NCBI GenBank assembly: GCA_964016885.1 | Contig: OZ024741.1 | Coordinates: 92,876,001-92,940,000 of the forward strand | DNA length: 64,000 nucleotides | Direction: 5' to 3' | Source: Eledone cirrhosa | Taxonomy: Eukaryota | Part shown: in pieces, positions 34,898-49,727 of the stretch | Layout of the letters: each line of letters opens with the position of its first letter | Numbering within the stretch: the stretch's first letter is position 1 | Program-made: the position numbers and the translations under genes | The notes under the pieces: generated by a model | The model's database searches: none | What the model was told of the DNA's origin: nothing | Seen by the model: the letters and a program-made list of their open reading frames with translations, nothing else

Positions 34898-36212
34898 ACA
34901 GCCAAGTGAAATAAAGTGTTTTGCTCAAGAACTCAAAGCATTGCCTGGTCTGGAATTCGAACTCGTGAGGGTGCACCTTTCTGAAGAGAGGAAAATCCCT
35001 GACACATTCCTGATAACAGGTGTGGTGGAGGGCTTCTTATTACGAAGTCAGCAGATGGTCTGCCAGAACACTTTATTTATATCTGAAGTTGGATTCCAGC
35101 TTAACCCCAAAGTCCTCCCTTGTCTTAACTTTGGACGTCTTTACAATCTGTCCCCTAATGATTGTGAGCTTAATGCTCTAACCACTAAGTCGCCTTCATC
35201 TAGTTAGAATATCATTAACTAGAAAATAATACTTTGGATTTAGAATTAGAAATAAAAAGTTTTAAATCAATGAAATAAAAATATTTTGGGATGAATTAAA
35301 ATTTTTTTCTGAACATTTAATTGCAGCAGGTAAAATGTCTGAAAATATTTTATTAAGCACAAGCAGGAGTTCACTTCCCAGCCTTGTGTAGCACTCTGGG
35401 CAAGTGACCTCTTCTATAACCTCAGGTTGAATACCTTGTGAGTGAAATTTGGTCGACATAAACAGTGTCAAAAACCACCATATGTGTGTGTGCATGTTTG
35501 GGATTATGTTTACAGTTTGTTTATGTTCCATAACTTAACAGTTCAACAAAAACCAATTGAAAATATAAGTACCAGACATATCTACCCTAGGGTAGATATA
35601 AGTGACTAAATCACATTAAGGTAAAGATAGTGTTCTAGCATGGTTTCATGCAACCAATAAATGAATAAAAGAATAATCTTGAGAAAATAAAATAAAGAAA
35701 CTTGAAACATTTTAAAGTGTTTGTATAATAAATGTTTGTTTATTTAATAACTGAAAATAGTCATAATAAAAGATATTTTATTTGAATATGATCATTTTCA
35801 TACATATACTACATTTTTCGTCAAGAAGTCAGCTAGAAAAATAAAATGTTGAAAAAGATCTAAATAAAAAAAAAAATTACTATAGATATAAAAGGAGACA
35901 GACAGACAGATAAATGGAGAGAGAGAGAGAAAGTGAAAGAAAGAGATATGAGACGGATTGATACAACAGAATCTAGCAAAAAATATTAGTCGAAAATGGT
36001 GGAAGCATGAAGTTTACTTGTGAAGAATACACCACTATCATGGAGAGGTCGCAATCACCTAGATTCATTCAATACTTCCATGTCAATTGAATTATGAAAT
36101 ATCATTATAGGTTGGTTGAAGATTTACGTGACAGCAGAGTTGTGAAAAGTTCTGAGATTAAGAAAAGTCTTTCCACAATGTAAGAAAAGAAAAAAATAGG
36201 AAAAATGGTAAA

Positions 36213-36241
36213 TCAACCCGAGAGGACCATGCGGATCAGTT
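36213..36241 (-). CDS. MYL6: Myosin essential light chain, last coding exon
   Basis: cttttacag|AA CTG ATC CGC ATG GTC CTC TCG GGT TGA gives (E)LIRMVLSG*, similar to the MYL6 C-terminus EELVRMVLNG; phase matches the preceding exon. Confidence 0.88.
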
Positions 36242-38253
36242 CTGTAAAAGAAGAAATGAATAAGTATTTGTTAGATAGCTGCAGCAACAAAAACATTGAA
36301 TGATTAATTAGCAATAGCACTAACACAATGTGAAAGCATGTGGTCAAGTGGTTAGGATGTTGACCTCATTAACATCAAATTGTGGGTTCAATTCCTGGAG
36401 CATTGGTTCCCAACTTTCTGTGCATTATGCCTCACCTCAACATCTCAGAAATTGTTATGACCTTCTGATATGAAAACAACAAAGTGGTGTATAGATGCTG
36501 CCAGATGCACAGTAACATGTGTCGAGGAGGTGAGACAGGAGTTTCTGACAGTAATGTGTACCAAAGTTGCCTTGGTATAAAAGTAATAAGGTAAAACCTG
36601 AAGTTTATTCTCATTAATATTTTCAAATTGCCTCTTTGTCGGGGTATACATCCCACATTTGGAATGACTGCTCTTGAACAAGAAATTTCAGTTCATGATA
36701 GACTTTCAAACACCCGATAAATTTCCTATGATAGGCAATCTCATGAGGCCAGCTAAACCAGTATGGTTCAAAATAGAGATGTATACCACAGCTTAAAATA
36801 TTCAGTGAAACTATATCTACGTTTATTATACAGATAAGGATATTGTACATGGGTCTATATATGCCTTTATAGTGAATGATGATTAGATGATTATAGATAA
36901 TGAGTTGATAAAGTCATTAAAGCATCGGATTAAATGCCTCAGTATTTGTTTTGGATCTCTACGCTCAACTCCTGCTGCGATCAACCACATTTCTGGTGAC
37001 AGGAAGCAGGATTCGAACTCAGAAAACAGAACAGATATCACAAGGATGAATTAGCAGACTTGCCCCGGTATTTGTTTCAGCTCTTTGCGCTCCAAGTTCA
37101 AATCTTGCCATGGTCAACTTTGCCTTTCAGGGTTGCTAGATAAAGTACCAGTCCATGAGCAGTGGATTGGTAGAATTGTTAAGTCAGAGAAGATGCGTTG
37201 CAGTATCTGTTCCAATTCTGTATATTCTGAGTTCAAATCCTGCCTCTAGTCACTGGCAAAGCAGTGAAGCTTCTGCCAGGAGTTGTGTCCAACAGATAAA
37301 ATCAGCAATGGAAAGACTAATGGAAACAGTCGTTTTGCTCTGATCTGATAGTCAGCTCCTTTCCTTTCTACATATTTATTTATAATAAAATATCTAGAAA
37401 ATCTTTAAATTTGACCAACATCCAACCTTAATTCTAGTCTTTATACACAACCACCACATTCTATAATTTCTTACAATTAGATAACTTTAACTCTTTTGAT
37501 ACCAACTGCCAGAAACTGCCCCTGGTACTACAATACAAAGCTTTGTTAGACAGGTTGTCAGATGTGAGACTCAACAAGTTAGATGAACGCATCTTACATG
37601 TTCCATTCTGGCATGGTTTCTAAGGCTAGATGCCTTTTCTAATGCCAACCTTTATATTTATTTAAAAACCTTCTGCCATAATTTTATGTAAGAACCTTGG
37701 ACAAGTTATGCTCTGAACACCAACTTCATGGTTTCGAATTTAGGCACCAGGCCAGCAATTTTAAGCGAATGGGGAAAGTTGAATAAACTGGCCCAACTAC
37801 TTGACTGGTTCTTTATTTTATTGACCCTATAAGGATGAAAGGCAAAGTTGATTTTAGTAAACCCAGCAATTCCGCTAATCCACCACCCTAAAAACACCAA
37901 CATAATTATGGTAAAGTTAGTTCATCATTATCCTCATCATCATTTTTACATCAACTTTTCCATGCTGGCATTGGTTGAACAGGACGTTTTTGAGGCAATT
38001 TTTTACAGCTGGATGCCCTTCCTGGCACTAAACCTTTTAGTTGCTTCTTACGACACAAGGATACAGTGAAAGTTAGTTATATTCCTAAATTCCTTCAAAT
38101 TCTTAATTATTTTCAAAATTATTTGAAAATTATAGGTAGTGTCTTGCATTCGAAAAATAGTAACAAAAGGATTAACCTGGTATTTCAATACTGATCATGT
38201 TTTGACTGTATATCACCTGTATTGCATTTCACTACATTTATATTTACTGTTAT

Positions 38254-38457
38254 TTAACCCTTAGCATTCACATTACTCTATATATACTATTATATTTTCA
38301 TGATAAATGCTTTATCTCACATAATATCGAATCTATGAGATTTTGAAAGAATTTATTTTGAGAACAATACCTTAACATCAGTTTGAGTGACCAGTTACAG
38401 CCAGTTTCAACAGAAAAAGGTAGAGAATTCTGGCCGGTTTGAACATTAAAGAGTTAA
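38254..38457. mobile_element. TTAA-flanked piggyBac-like MITE (family 2)
   Basis: ttaa|cccttagcattc...aacattaaagag|ttaa; near reverse complement of 45678-45900; partial copy at ~40205-40368. Confidence 0.75.
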
Positions 38458-38744
38458 ATCATATGAATCAATTATCATTTTATATCATTGCTTTAGCCTA
38501 ATTTCTTGTCGGACATTGTCATTATTTTTGCCAAGTTTATAATACAAACCATATCAAAAAGGTTGAGAGGACTCTTTAGTTGTGTCAAGAACATGACAAC
38601 CTCTCTAGTGACAATGCACCCAGTATACACTGTAAAGTGATTAGTGATAGGAAGGGCATTCAGCCAGAGAAAACTTGCCAAGCAAAAGGCCAGGACCCAT
38701 CAGTTTTGCCATAAACATGACAACCTCACAAGTATTAGCAATCT

Positions 38745-38937
38745 ACAAAATTGTTTCTACGTTAGGCACAAGGCCAGCAATTACCCAGTGCATTACTGGT
38801 ACTTTTATTTTATCAACCCCGTAAGGATGAAAGGCAAAGTTAACCTTGGCGGGATTTGAACTCAGAATGGCAAGGGCCGTAACTCTATACGTCAAAGCAT
38901 GGCGTCCCTCTACCAATACTGCCAATCCACCGCCTTT
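38745..38937 (-). mobile_element. tRNA-derived SINE, near full length
   Basis: Close reverse-complement match to 51997-52190; B box GAGTTCAAATCC. Confidence 0.85.
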
Positions 38938-39213
38938 TAGCAATCTACATAATAAATGCACCCAGTACACTCTGTAAAGTGGTTACTGGTAGGAAGGGCA
39001 TCTAACCATAGAAAACTTGCCAAATAAAGGATCGGGAGGACTCTTCAGCTGTGCCATAGACATGACAACCTCCATAGTGTTGGTGATCTACCTGATAAAT
39101 GCATCCAGTATGTTCTTGTTGTATGCATTCATTATCTTCTTTTCAGTTTTAATCAACAAATATTTTTTCAGTGATTTTCATGCAGACATCCAGGTACAAA
39201 ATAAAAAACTTAC

Positions 39214-39291
39214 CTTCGTAATTAACATTACCATGAGAGTCTTCAACACCTTGCAACAATTGATCAGCTTCTTCAGAGGTCAACCGTTCAC
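39214..39291 (-). CDS. MYL6: Myosin essential light chain exon (EF-hand 4 region)
   Basis: ttacag|...|gtaagt; 78 bp; (G)ERLTSEEADQLLQGVEDSHGNVNYE. Confidence 0.93.
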
Positions 39292-40804
39292 CTGTAACAA
39301 AAGAATATATATTTGACTTTCCTCTGTGTGTATCTGGTTTAGAAAAGCTACTCCATAACCTTATGTGTTGTAGGAGGTGACTAAAAGTTTTAGAATAGGT
39401 ACACCATATCCTTGTGTGTTCTAAGTGGTGAATAAAACTTTTACAATAGATACACTGTATCCTTGTGCATTGTAAGAGCAATTAAAAGGTTTAGAATAGG
39501 TACAACATATCTTTGTGTGTTGTAACAAATGACTAAAAGGGTTTGTGCTAAGAAAGGCAAATGGAACCTGCCATGGGTCCTGCAAGGTTAACCCTTGCTT
39601 TAGCAAATAAATAGGCCTTTAAACATTAATTGTATTTTATTTTATTTTATTTTATCCCTCTCTCTCTATCTATCTTAGTGAATATAGTAAAAAGGATGAT
39701 GGTGATGATTTAGCTAACATTCCTGGTGTTTATATATATGTATGTCATCATCATCATGGGAAGACAGTTGCTCCACCCAACCTATGCCAGCATGGAAAAG
39801 CAGACATAATAAAAAAAATTAAGATGATATATGACAGGCTTCTGCACAATTTCCACCTACCAAATTTCACTCACAAGATGTTGGTCAGCTTATGGCTATG
39901 GTAAAAAGCACTTACGCATAGTACCAGTGGATTCAAACCTGAAAACACATGGTCGCAAAGCAAACTTCCTAACCACATATCTATGCCTGGACCTATTTCT
40001 AATCAAAAGAGCAAGGGAGCATCTACACAAATCCTCTCCCTGTTAGAAATAGCAACCAAATTTCCCTCAACTGTCTTAAGGAAGAACACACTAAACAATG
40101 TAGTCCTAGATATATAAAAAGATGGGATGGCAATGAGTGGCATGGATCTAATTTTCATAGAACCAAGAGTTATTTCAGATGATTTGATATCAAAAGCTAT
40201 AAATAGAAAAATTTATCTCACATAGTATCGAATCTATAAGATTTTGATATTATTTATTTTGAGAACAATACCTTAACATCAGTATGAGCAGCTGGTTTCG
40301 GCTGGTTTGAACAGAAAGAGGTGAGAGAATTCTGGCCAAATATGGCCAGTTTAAATACTAATGGGTTAATATAATGTTTTTGTTGATGAGGTCATAATCA
40401 GACTGAAACATCCAATGTTGTATCCCAGGCATGCTAACATAATTTTATAGTTTCCCCACCTCACAGCATAATTATTTCAAGTCAGCTTTTTTAACACTGT
40501 ATACATTAAATATGTTGACCTAAACTTAAGTATTGATTTTCATGTATATCAGGTCGAAGCTAAGGAGAGTCGGAATGAGAACTTATATCATCATCATTTT
40601 ACATCAGTTTTTTCTATGCTGGACAGGTTATCAAGAGCTGTGATTAGACAGATTGAAAAACCACATCTTGCTTATATGTTCCATTATGGGAATGATTTCT
40701 ACAGCTGGATGTCCTTCCTAACACCAACCATTTTACAAAGAGTAAACTAGATGCATTTTTTTTTTTTGTGACACAAAAGATGACAAAAACAAAGTAAATC
40801 TTAC

Positions 40805-40969
40805 CTAAACCAGATAAAAGATGTCGCATCTCAGCACTGCTGACAAATCCATTTTGGTCTTTGTCAAAAACTTTGAATCCTTCAACCAAATCTTCAAAAG
40901 TAACTTTATCTTTATTCCGACTGATAGTTTGTAAAATTGGGAGAACTGTTTCAAAACTAATCCGCTCCA
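40805..40969 (-). CDS. MYL6: Myosin essential light chain exon (EF-hands 2-3)
   Basis: ttttag|...|gtaag; 165 bp; [54 protein letters not shown]. Confidence 0.94.
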   Translation of the reverse strand, partial: WSGLVLKQFSQFYKLSVGIKIKLLLKIWLKDSKFLTKTKMDLSAVLRCDIFYLV

Positions 40970-41340
40970 CTAAAAAAAATGAAAAAAAAACATTTTTAAT
41001 TGCATACAACAATGTTAAATATCAAACAAGCATTTTAGCCCATTTTTTCATTCTAAAGCAAGGGTTAGCCTTGTGGGCCCCATGTCAGTCTTCATAGTGA
41101 TTGTGGGGTTCCTTTTGAGGCAATGTTTTACAGTCAGATGCCCTTCCTGGTGTCAACTCTTAGTTACCTCTTATGATACACTGGGGTATGGTATACCTAT
41201 TGTAAACCTGGTACACATAAGAAAAACATTATCAAACATATTTCCTTTTATATGATGCATTGTAAGAGATCTAATAAAGTATTGGGAAAGCTGGTACAAT
41301 ATAAATAGGAAATATAATGATGGAAATAAAGTAAGGTAGA

Positions 41341-43610
41341 ATCATCATCATCATCGTTTAATGTCCATCTTCCACGCTAGCATGGGTCTGGATAAGAATT
41401 GTCCCACTTGAGGCAAGATTGGTTGTCTTGCTCGTATAGGACTGTCTGGCGGGTTTTCTACGGCTGGATGCCCTTCCTAACACCAACCACGTTTACAGTG
41501 TGGGACTGGGAGGTTTTTACCATGTTACCTACATGGCCACATTACAGCGTGGACTGTGTGTTTTTTTGTTGTGACACCTACACGACTTCATTTATTTCGG
41601 ACTGGATGTTGTGGTACCAACATAACTTTACATCGAAAGGGGTGGTGTGGATGGGGTGGGGGTAGTGGGACGAGTGTATTTTTGTTAAGAGGTGCCTACT
41701 GACTGTAGGTTTCGCTTTGTACTTAGGCAAGGTGGGTCTTCTGTATTACTGTGTAGAGCCAAAGATCTCGGTCCAGTGACATTGTCTTGGAGAGGTGTAA
41801 GAGTGTGAGGTCAGAATTTATCAAGTCGTCCCAGGTTTTTCTGGGTCTGCCTACCCCGTGGCTACCGTCTATTTTGATTGTCCTGCACTTTTTTATACAG
41901 CTGTCATCTTTCATGCGCATCACGTGACCATACCAACGTAGTCTTCTCTCCAGTAAACAACATCTGATCCCTCTTATTCCTAATTTCTCCCTTAGTTCAT
42001 TTATGATTTGCCGTTCACATATATTACTATTACACATCCAACGGAGCATGCAAGCTTCATTCCTCTCCAGTCTGCGTATATCCTCTGCACACAATGCCTA
42101 AGTCACAATGCCATGTAACATTGCTGTTCGTATGCAGGCATCATACAGCCTGCCTTTCATTTTTAGAGAGAACCCTTTAGCGGCCAATAGTGGTATAAGC
42201 TCTTTGAATTTTTTCCATCCCGTTCTGAATCTAGCTACTGTACTTTCAGAGCACCCTCCACCACTGCTGATTTTGTCACCCAGGTAACGGAAGGTGTCCA
42301 CTATTTCTATAGAACCATCTGTGCAATGGAATGAGCTAGTATTCTGTGGGCACTTGCTGCTACTTATTGCACCTGAGCACCGGCCACATATAAAATCTAT
42401 ATTCTTAGTTAGCTTACCTGTGATCCCACTACATCTTTTATGCACCCATACTTTGCATTTGGGACATAAAATGGAGTTTCTGCCTACACACTGAGCATGG
42501 CCATTTCCCAGATGGGACCAGTGCCCTATTTTCCTTCCTACAAACTAGAACTTTAGTCTTAGACAGGTTAATTTTAAGTCCTTTTGATTCTAGGCCATGC
42601 TTCCATGTTTGGAATTTCTTCTCTAGTTCAGCCATTGATTCAGCTATGAGCTTTAGATCATCTGCGTATAGGAGTTCCATGGGCAGCCGGTCTTGAACTC
42701 CTCTGTTATAGCCTGAAGAGCAATAATAAATAGTAGGGGGCTAAGGACGGAGCCCTGATGAACACCAACTTTTACGCTAAACTCTTCACTATATTTGTTG
42801 TTAATTCTAACCTTGCTGACTGTTTCTTTATACATGGCTTGTATAGCTCTCACAAGCCATTCATCAACACCTAGTTTTCTAAGAGCCCACCAGATAATGG
42901 AGCTGGGGACTCTGCCAAAGGATTTCTCCATGTCAACAAAAGCTAAGTATAGGGGTTTACTTTTAGCTAGGTACTTCTCCTGTAGTTGTCGTACAATGAA
43001 AAGAGCGTCTGTGGTACTTTTACCTGACACAAACCAGAACTGCATTTCATCTAGATAAATTCGCTCTCTGATTAGTTGCGCTATTACTTTTTCTATGACC
43101 TTCATGACCTGGTCAATTAATTTAATGCCTCTATAGTTTCCCCTATCTAGGGCATCTCCTTTACCCTTGTAGCAGTTAATGATGATGCTGCTACGCCAGT
43201 CCTTCGGAACGACCACATTCTGTATGACTTGGTTTACTATCCGGGTGACCATAGTGTGTCCCACCGTTCCAGATGCTTTCAGCATTTCAGCAACTATTTC
43301 TGAAGGCCCAGCCGCCTTGCCTGTCTTCATATCTTTGATTGCCTTACTTATTATACTACCTTCAACTTGCACTGCTGGTCCCTCTATTGGATCAATGTGG
43401 GGGAGACTGTCTTTCTCCCAATTATTCTCCTCATTTAGTAGCCGTTCGTAGTGACACTTCCAAGCTACTTTCTTATCAGTGTCAGTGATGGCAAGTACAC
43501 CATCATCATTAAGGACACACTTCTCCCCGACAATATCAGTTTTCCTTGACACATTGCCTAGCAATCCTGAACACCTCACGTTTTTGGTCCTCGCGTTGTA
43601 GAACATGCTT
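41341..43610 (-). mobile_element. RTE LINE, 5'-truncated, frameshifted (intronic in the light-chain gene)
   Basis: ORFs 42653..43630, 42438..42680, 42098..42445 and 41723..42094 are consecutive pieces of RT, PHD finger and C-terminus; (GAT)n tail. Confidence 0.95.
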
Positions 43611-44716
43611 GAATAAGAGTGACAAAACAAGAAAATATTTTTTGCCTTCTTTTCAAATGATGAACAAAGAAGAATCAGAAAAAAATCACAAGATGCATTG
43701 ATTTTTCTTTGTTCAAGACCGATGTTTATTTAGCGGATACCTTTGAGCTTGAGCTTATGTGACATTAAATTTTAATTGCTCTAACTAAACTACTAATTAC
43801 TACAAGCCAATGAGGGAGCTTCTATATGTTTGTTCAACGTGTTAGAAATAGCAATCAAATCTCCCTAAAATCCTAACCTACTATTAAATAAAAGGAAGAA
43901 TAAATTAAACAATGTCCAAGATAGTCATTATTTGAATACATTTGATTAAATGTATTTGATCAGAGATGACCTGGGGCTAAACTAACAATTACAAATTTAT
44001 CAATGGGAAATAGACAGACCAAGTCTGAATAATCTTGTTTATAACAACTGGTGAAGGTGTTGTTATGACTAACACCTGCAGAAGTTTAGTTAGCCTTCTA
44101 TGAGGTTACACCTTTTAGGAGGTTTCTTGAGTGTTTTAACGATAGGGAAAAATGGTCTGAAAATATTTGTTGTTGTTATTTTCCAATCTATTTGCCCTCA
44201 TCATGATAAGCTATCTAAAGTATCAGACACTATTACAGAAAGAAGAGTTCATTTTTCTGGACACTTGAAGAAGTGAGGAGCTGGTAAGTGACACAGTGAC
44301 GCCCTACTGTGGACACCTCACCATAGCTGACTACCTAAAGTATCAGACACCATTAGAGAAAACAAGTGTTTTGGTGGGCACTGTTGGAGAAATAAAGAAG
44401 AGCTGGTTAATAATCCCAACTTTAGACAACTCACCATGGTAAAAAATCACACTGGTCATTTTGTGAAGATATACATCAATCATTTAATAGACAACAATGG
44501 ATGTCAAAGCAAACAACTATCATATGCTACAAAAGATCAAGACAGGTGAAGGCTCAGGGTCATGCAAACCCAAGCAAACTTGACCTGATGATGATGATTT
44601 AACCTTATGTTTTTAGTGTAGATATTATATTTACAAAATGTATATGGCTCCACATATTGCAGAATAAGATACTAAAAATTGGATATTAAACAGATATAAA
44701 TATTGTAAATATACTT

Positions 44717-44978
44717 TAACCCTTTTGATATTAAACTGCCGAAACCATGCCAGATACCATTTATGATACAAAACTGCTCATTTTAAAATGTTTATCCATA
44801 TATTAAAACCTTCCATCATGATTTTATTTAAGACATTTTTATTAAGTAATGTTCTTAAATAAAAGCTTACTAATGGAAAACATAGTTATTTTAATAAATT
44901 TCCATTTGAAGATTTTAAAAATTAATTGAAACACACAGGCTTTGTATTTTATTAGAAATACATTAATGAAATGGTTAA
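44717..44978 (+). mobile_element. MITE family 1, complete diverged copy
   Basis: ttaa|cccttttgatatt...aatgaaatgg|ttaa with the shared internal aaaaccttccatcat.atttt motif. Confidence 0.7.
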
Positions 44979-45677
44979 AGTTGGGGATAATAATTCAGAA
45001 AATTATAATCTTAACAACTTGATCATTTACACATTTCAACTTGTTTGGGATTTATACTGTGAAATATTACATTTCTTTTTCTTTTCTTTTCTTTTTTTTT
45101 TGTTAATTAGTCAGGAGGTAGAAAAGGACAGTGCCTATGACCCTATTTAGGGCCTCTGAGACAGGTAGAAGGGAGGGATAGATGTCCTCAAAACCAGAGA
45201 CCTGGCACAAATGCCTAAAACATATAAAACATTTAGTACAGGCTATGCAAGCTGAGTAGACTGAGGGTTGTGTTAGCATCAAGAACCAAGTGCTGACCTC
45301 TTTCTGTTAGTAGCTAAAATATCAAAAAATGTTTTACTTCAAAATTATTAACTGCTCCTTCCTTCATCATCACCATTTTTACATCCGTTTTTCCACACTT
45401 GCATGGATTTGGACTCCTTCCTCCATATCAAATGATTTTTATTATGCTGGTCACATGAAATTATTATTTGTTTATATTCTGTGGTTCTGACTTACAGAAT
45501 TATAACCTCATATTGATGTTTAACTTAAAGATAGCTCTACACAGGCTAAGTTATCATAATTAATACTGGGTTTCCTTTTAATGAATACATTAGGGGAGGA
45601 TGCGGATGGAGAGAATGTTGAGCTGGGAATGGCATGAAGATGGAAGGTGTGGAAACCTTGTGGTGAATACTGATATC

Positions 45678-45900
45678 TTAACCCTTTAATGTTCAAACCG
45701 GCCAAAATTCTCTACCTTTTTCTGTTGAAACTGGCTGTAACTGGTCACTCAAACTGATGTTAAGGTATTGTTCTCAATATAAATACTTTCAAAATCTCAT
45801 AGATTCAATATTATGTGAGATAATTATGTGAGATAAAGCATTTACCATGAAAATATAATAGTATATATAATATAGAGTAATGTGAATGCTAAAGGGTTAA
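45678..45900. mobile_element. MITE family 2, complete copy
   Basis: ttaa|cccttta...taaaggg|ttaa. Confidence 0.8.
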
Positions 45901-46583
45901 AGGAGATGACACAAGATTGAGTTGACTGACGATTTTCTGTACTACAGAAGACTCGCTTTCCTAGAGTAACAGGATGAAATGAGCATGGGAAAGATAATAG
46001 AAAAGCAGAGAGATGTAATGGTCTTTAGGTCCCCACCCCCTGCCAATATGCTTTCTTCTCCTTCACTATCAAAATCCCTACCTTAGTCTTCCCTCCTCCT
46101 CTTTATACAACATATGCTAGCATGGAAAGATAGGCATGCCCCACAATGTACTGTCTGACATCACTCACTCTCTTAAAAGCCATCTGCACAACCAAACACT
46201 TACTCTCCTCCTCTATCCCCCACTGTGAGATGCCACCTCCCTTGACAAGCAACATGTAGCCTCCCATCCCACTCTCACCCCTCTATCCCATCAGTTTTAC
46301 CAGCCAGGCCAAGATCACAAGTACCTTAAATGTTATAAAGTAGTAGTGCTGCTTTCACAATCAATAAAAAGCACCCAGTAATGTGGTAATGTTGGTACCA
46401 TGATAAAATGCACCCAGTATAGGCTGTGATTGGCATTAGGAAGGACAGCCAGCTATAGAAACCATGCCAGAATGGAACATATGCACATATCACAATCTTT
46501 TGACTAGTCTAGCCTCAGAACATTACAACCCAACTAATCCATGCAAGCATGGAAAATAGATGTAAAACGGTGATGAATGGAGA

Positions 46584-46800
46584 GTGAACTCAGCAACATC
46601 AGCTAGTGTGAGATGTCCATGGAAGAGGTTCCAGGAACTAAGTGGTGTGTTAATGAAGAAGCGAGTATCACTAAAACTGAAGAGAAAGATGTATACTTCA
46701 TATGTTAGAAGTGCCATGATTTATGGAAACAAGACATGGGTGATGAATGTGAAACAACAGAGAAGGTAGAAAGGAAAATAATAAGAATGTTTCAGCAGTG
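46584..46800 (+). mobile_element. Old RTE C-terminal fragment
   Basis: WKRFQELSGVL...SLKLKRKMY..YVRSAMIYG..TW parallels the RTE ORF (WKKFRELIPLL...MLHGSETW). Confidence 0.7.
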
Positions 46801-47764
46801 CCAATGATGATGTAATATAACTAACTTTCTCTTTATTAAGCTGGTGTTTGTAACAGGAGTTGTGATCGTCAGATAGCACCAGCAATTGAAAGAGCAATGG
46901 AAATATATTTTACTTCATTCAGTCTGATGATTGGCTCTGTTGTTCTGTCATTGGTTGCAACTGGCAGATAGCATCAGCAATGGAAAGACCAAAGGAAACA
47001 TTGTTTCTTTGGTCCAATCTGACAAACAGCTACTTTTGGAACAAAACTGGATGACTTTTAGATATATATAAACACTAAGATAAATAGTTATGTATTGTAA
47101 AGTCAGGGGTGGTTTAAAGCATTTTGGTACCAAAAGGACTGATGGTAGATAACCATTTAATGCCATACAACTATTTATATACTGGAAGTATAAAGATAAA
47201 TAATAATATAGAACACTTGTTAAAACAATGGTAAAGAAATTTCCACAGACATAAAGAAGAATGACATAATTTCTACAATAGTTACATCATGTAGAATTGT
47301 ATATAAATTGGTTCAAACATTAATTTGCCATTCTTGATAAAGAACATAAGATATAAATAAACCCTTGTTTAGATTTCACAGAAAGGACTTATTGTTACTA
47401 AGCTGCTAGGCATAGTTTTAAATAGTTCAACTTAAATTCTATCAGCATTAATACAAAAATAAATTATTACTATTATTAAATCATCATCGTTACTACTACC
47501 TTTTAGTTGATTTTTATTTGCAATTGTCCTATAACATAAATTTAGCACATATATTTTGGGCAGAGTGCTTTACAGCCAGACACACTTCGTGGTAATAATA
47601 TTATAGACAAACAATTCTAAAAAAAAACAAAAAAAACACTAGTTTACCACTTGACTTTCTCAAACCTCCCATTTAATTAGGAAAAAGATTATTATGGCGA
47701 TGACTAAAAGCCTAACTATTGCTTCTTTCATATGGCTTACTGCAAATTGAAAATTGAATATAAG

Positions 47765-48065
47765 TGCAGGTATGGCTGTGTAGCTAAGGGGTTCAGTTTG
47801 CAACCGTGTGGTTTCAGGTTCAGTCCCTCTACATAGCACCTTAGGCATGTGTCTTTTACTATAGCCTCAAGCTGACTAATACCATGTTAATGAAATTTAG
47901 AAGACAGAAGCTGCAGTATGTGTCTATGTTCAAACTTATGTTCGTGTCTGTGTATATGTCCTGTTACTTAGTAGTTCAACAAAAAGAGATTGATAAAATA
48001 AATACCAAACTAGAAAAAATAAGTACTGGAGTTGATATGATCAACTAATATCCCTTTAGGATGAT
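47765..48065 (+). mobile_element. Second tRNA-derived SINE family
   Basis: gcaggtatggctgtgt...ggttcagtccc...caccttaggc..gtgtctt; related copies at ~19445, ~35370, ~39835 (-), ~49095 (-) and ~53040. Confidence 0.65.
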
Positions 48066-48410
48066 GCACCTCGATTAACTGCAATAATATATTCACCAGT
48101 GAGGGAGTTAAATAATAGAATCCTAATTTTCAAAAGTTAAAATAATTTCTTCATATATTTTATTTATGAAAATTTAATGAACTGTTTCAAATAATTTTTT
48201 TTCATTTATTTAAATTATATTACAAATGTTAAGCTTACTTTCATAACAGTTTTAAATTTTGGCCTGGGGCCAACAATTTTTGGGAGGGAAGAGAAAATCG
48301 ATTATATTAACCTCTGGTACTTTATTGACCTCAGAAAGTAAAGAGCCAGAACAAATACTGCTATGCATTTGTCAAACACTCTAACAACTCAGCCAATACT
48401 CTGCCAAAAG

Positions 48411-48502
48411 GCAAACATAATATAAGCTACATGCAAACATAATATAAGCTACATGCAAACATAATATAAGCTACATGCAAAAAAAAAAAAAAAAAAAAAA
48501 AA
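48411..48502. repeat. 22-bp tandem repeat x3 followed by poly(A)
   Basis: gcaaacataatataagctacat three times, then ~24 A. Confidence 0.85.
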
Positions 48503-48599
48503 CTTAAATCTAGTTGACAGAGCAAAACAAGAAAACATTTCATTCAAATTACAGAAATAAAAAAAAATATCAATACCATGCAACATATCCTCGTGTTTA

Positions 48600-48922
48600 T
48601 ATTTAGAGTCCATGTACATATATACGTATCCATGTTCATACATACATGTGTCCATACACATATGTATGAGTCCATGTATACATACAAATCCATGCATGTA
48701 TATAAAATATTGATGTTCATGCATTCATGTGTCCATTCAAACATGTGTCAATGCATACATATACATATCCATGCATGTATATACATATCCATGCATACAT
48801 ATATATATATATCTATGTTCATGCATACATATACAAATCTATGCTTATATATGCATATACATATCTATACACACATATACATGTTCATGTATACATACAC
48901 ATATTCATATGCATACATATAC
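48600..48922. repeat. Degenerate (CATA/TA)n microsatellite
   Basis: Low complexity; source of several spurious ORFs. Confidence 0.8.
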
Positions 48923-49683
48923 AAGACTAGTTATAGCTGCATATGATGGATCCTCAGTCAATTTCGATGATGAGCATTTAGTTGATCAATCAACTGTATG
49001 TCTAGCTCATGAATTAATGTGCAAGTGGTTGAGTATTCCATGGACACGTACTCTTAACATAATTGCGAAGCCAAATCAGTATGACAGTCCATCCAACAGG
49101 CTTCCACGCAGTTTCTGTCTCCCCAATTTAACTCACAAGGCCTGAGTCAATCTGAGGCTACGGTAAGAGACACTTGCCCAAGATGCCATGCAGTAGGATC
49201 AAACTTAGGATCTCACATTCAGCCATGCTTGCAAATATAAACGTTTTCTATCTAGGAGAGTCTGAAAAAGCTACAAGCAGTATTCTTTGTCCTTAAATCA
49301 AATAATAATATAATGACAAAGTTATTGCATGCTTCTTCAGTTTGATTAGTAATGACTAATTTCAAGAGAAGTTACTTACTAGTTCCAATACTTAACTGCC
49401 AATGATTAACTTTATTACTATAACTATTACCTATACTTTATTACTATTACTAACGCAAAAGACTGACTAATTAATATAATAATATCTATACAGTTTTTTT
49501 TGTCCGTCTGTCACACAAACACTACAATCTCACAGAAACGTTTTAAAATGTATATTTAGAATTCCTGAAGCACAAATGTAAGACTAAAGTATGTGTGGGG
49601 GTTGGTTGTAAAATACTCAAAAGTGTTCTCAGTCAACAATGTTATCTATCTGCATCCCTCACCTCTCTCTCACTCTTTATCTG

Positions 49684-49724
<41 letters not shown>

Positions 49725-49727
49725 ATT

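Noticed and set aside
35798-35834. Alternative last exon for the light chain (acceptor-like ttttatttttctag on the minus strand)
   Set aside because: It would encode ADFLTKNVVYV*, with no light-chain similarity; unsupported without RNA data.
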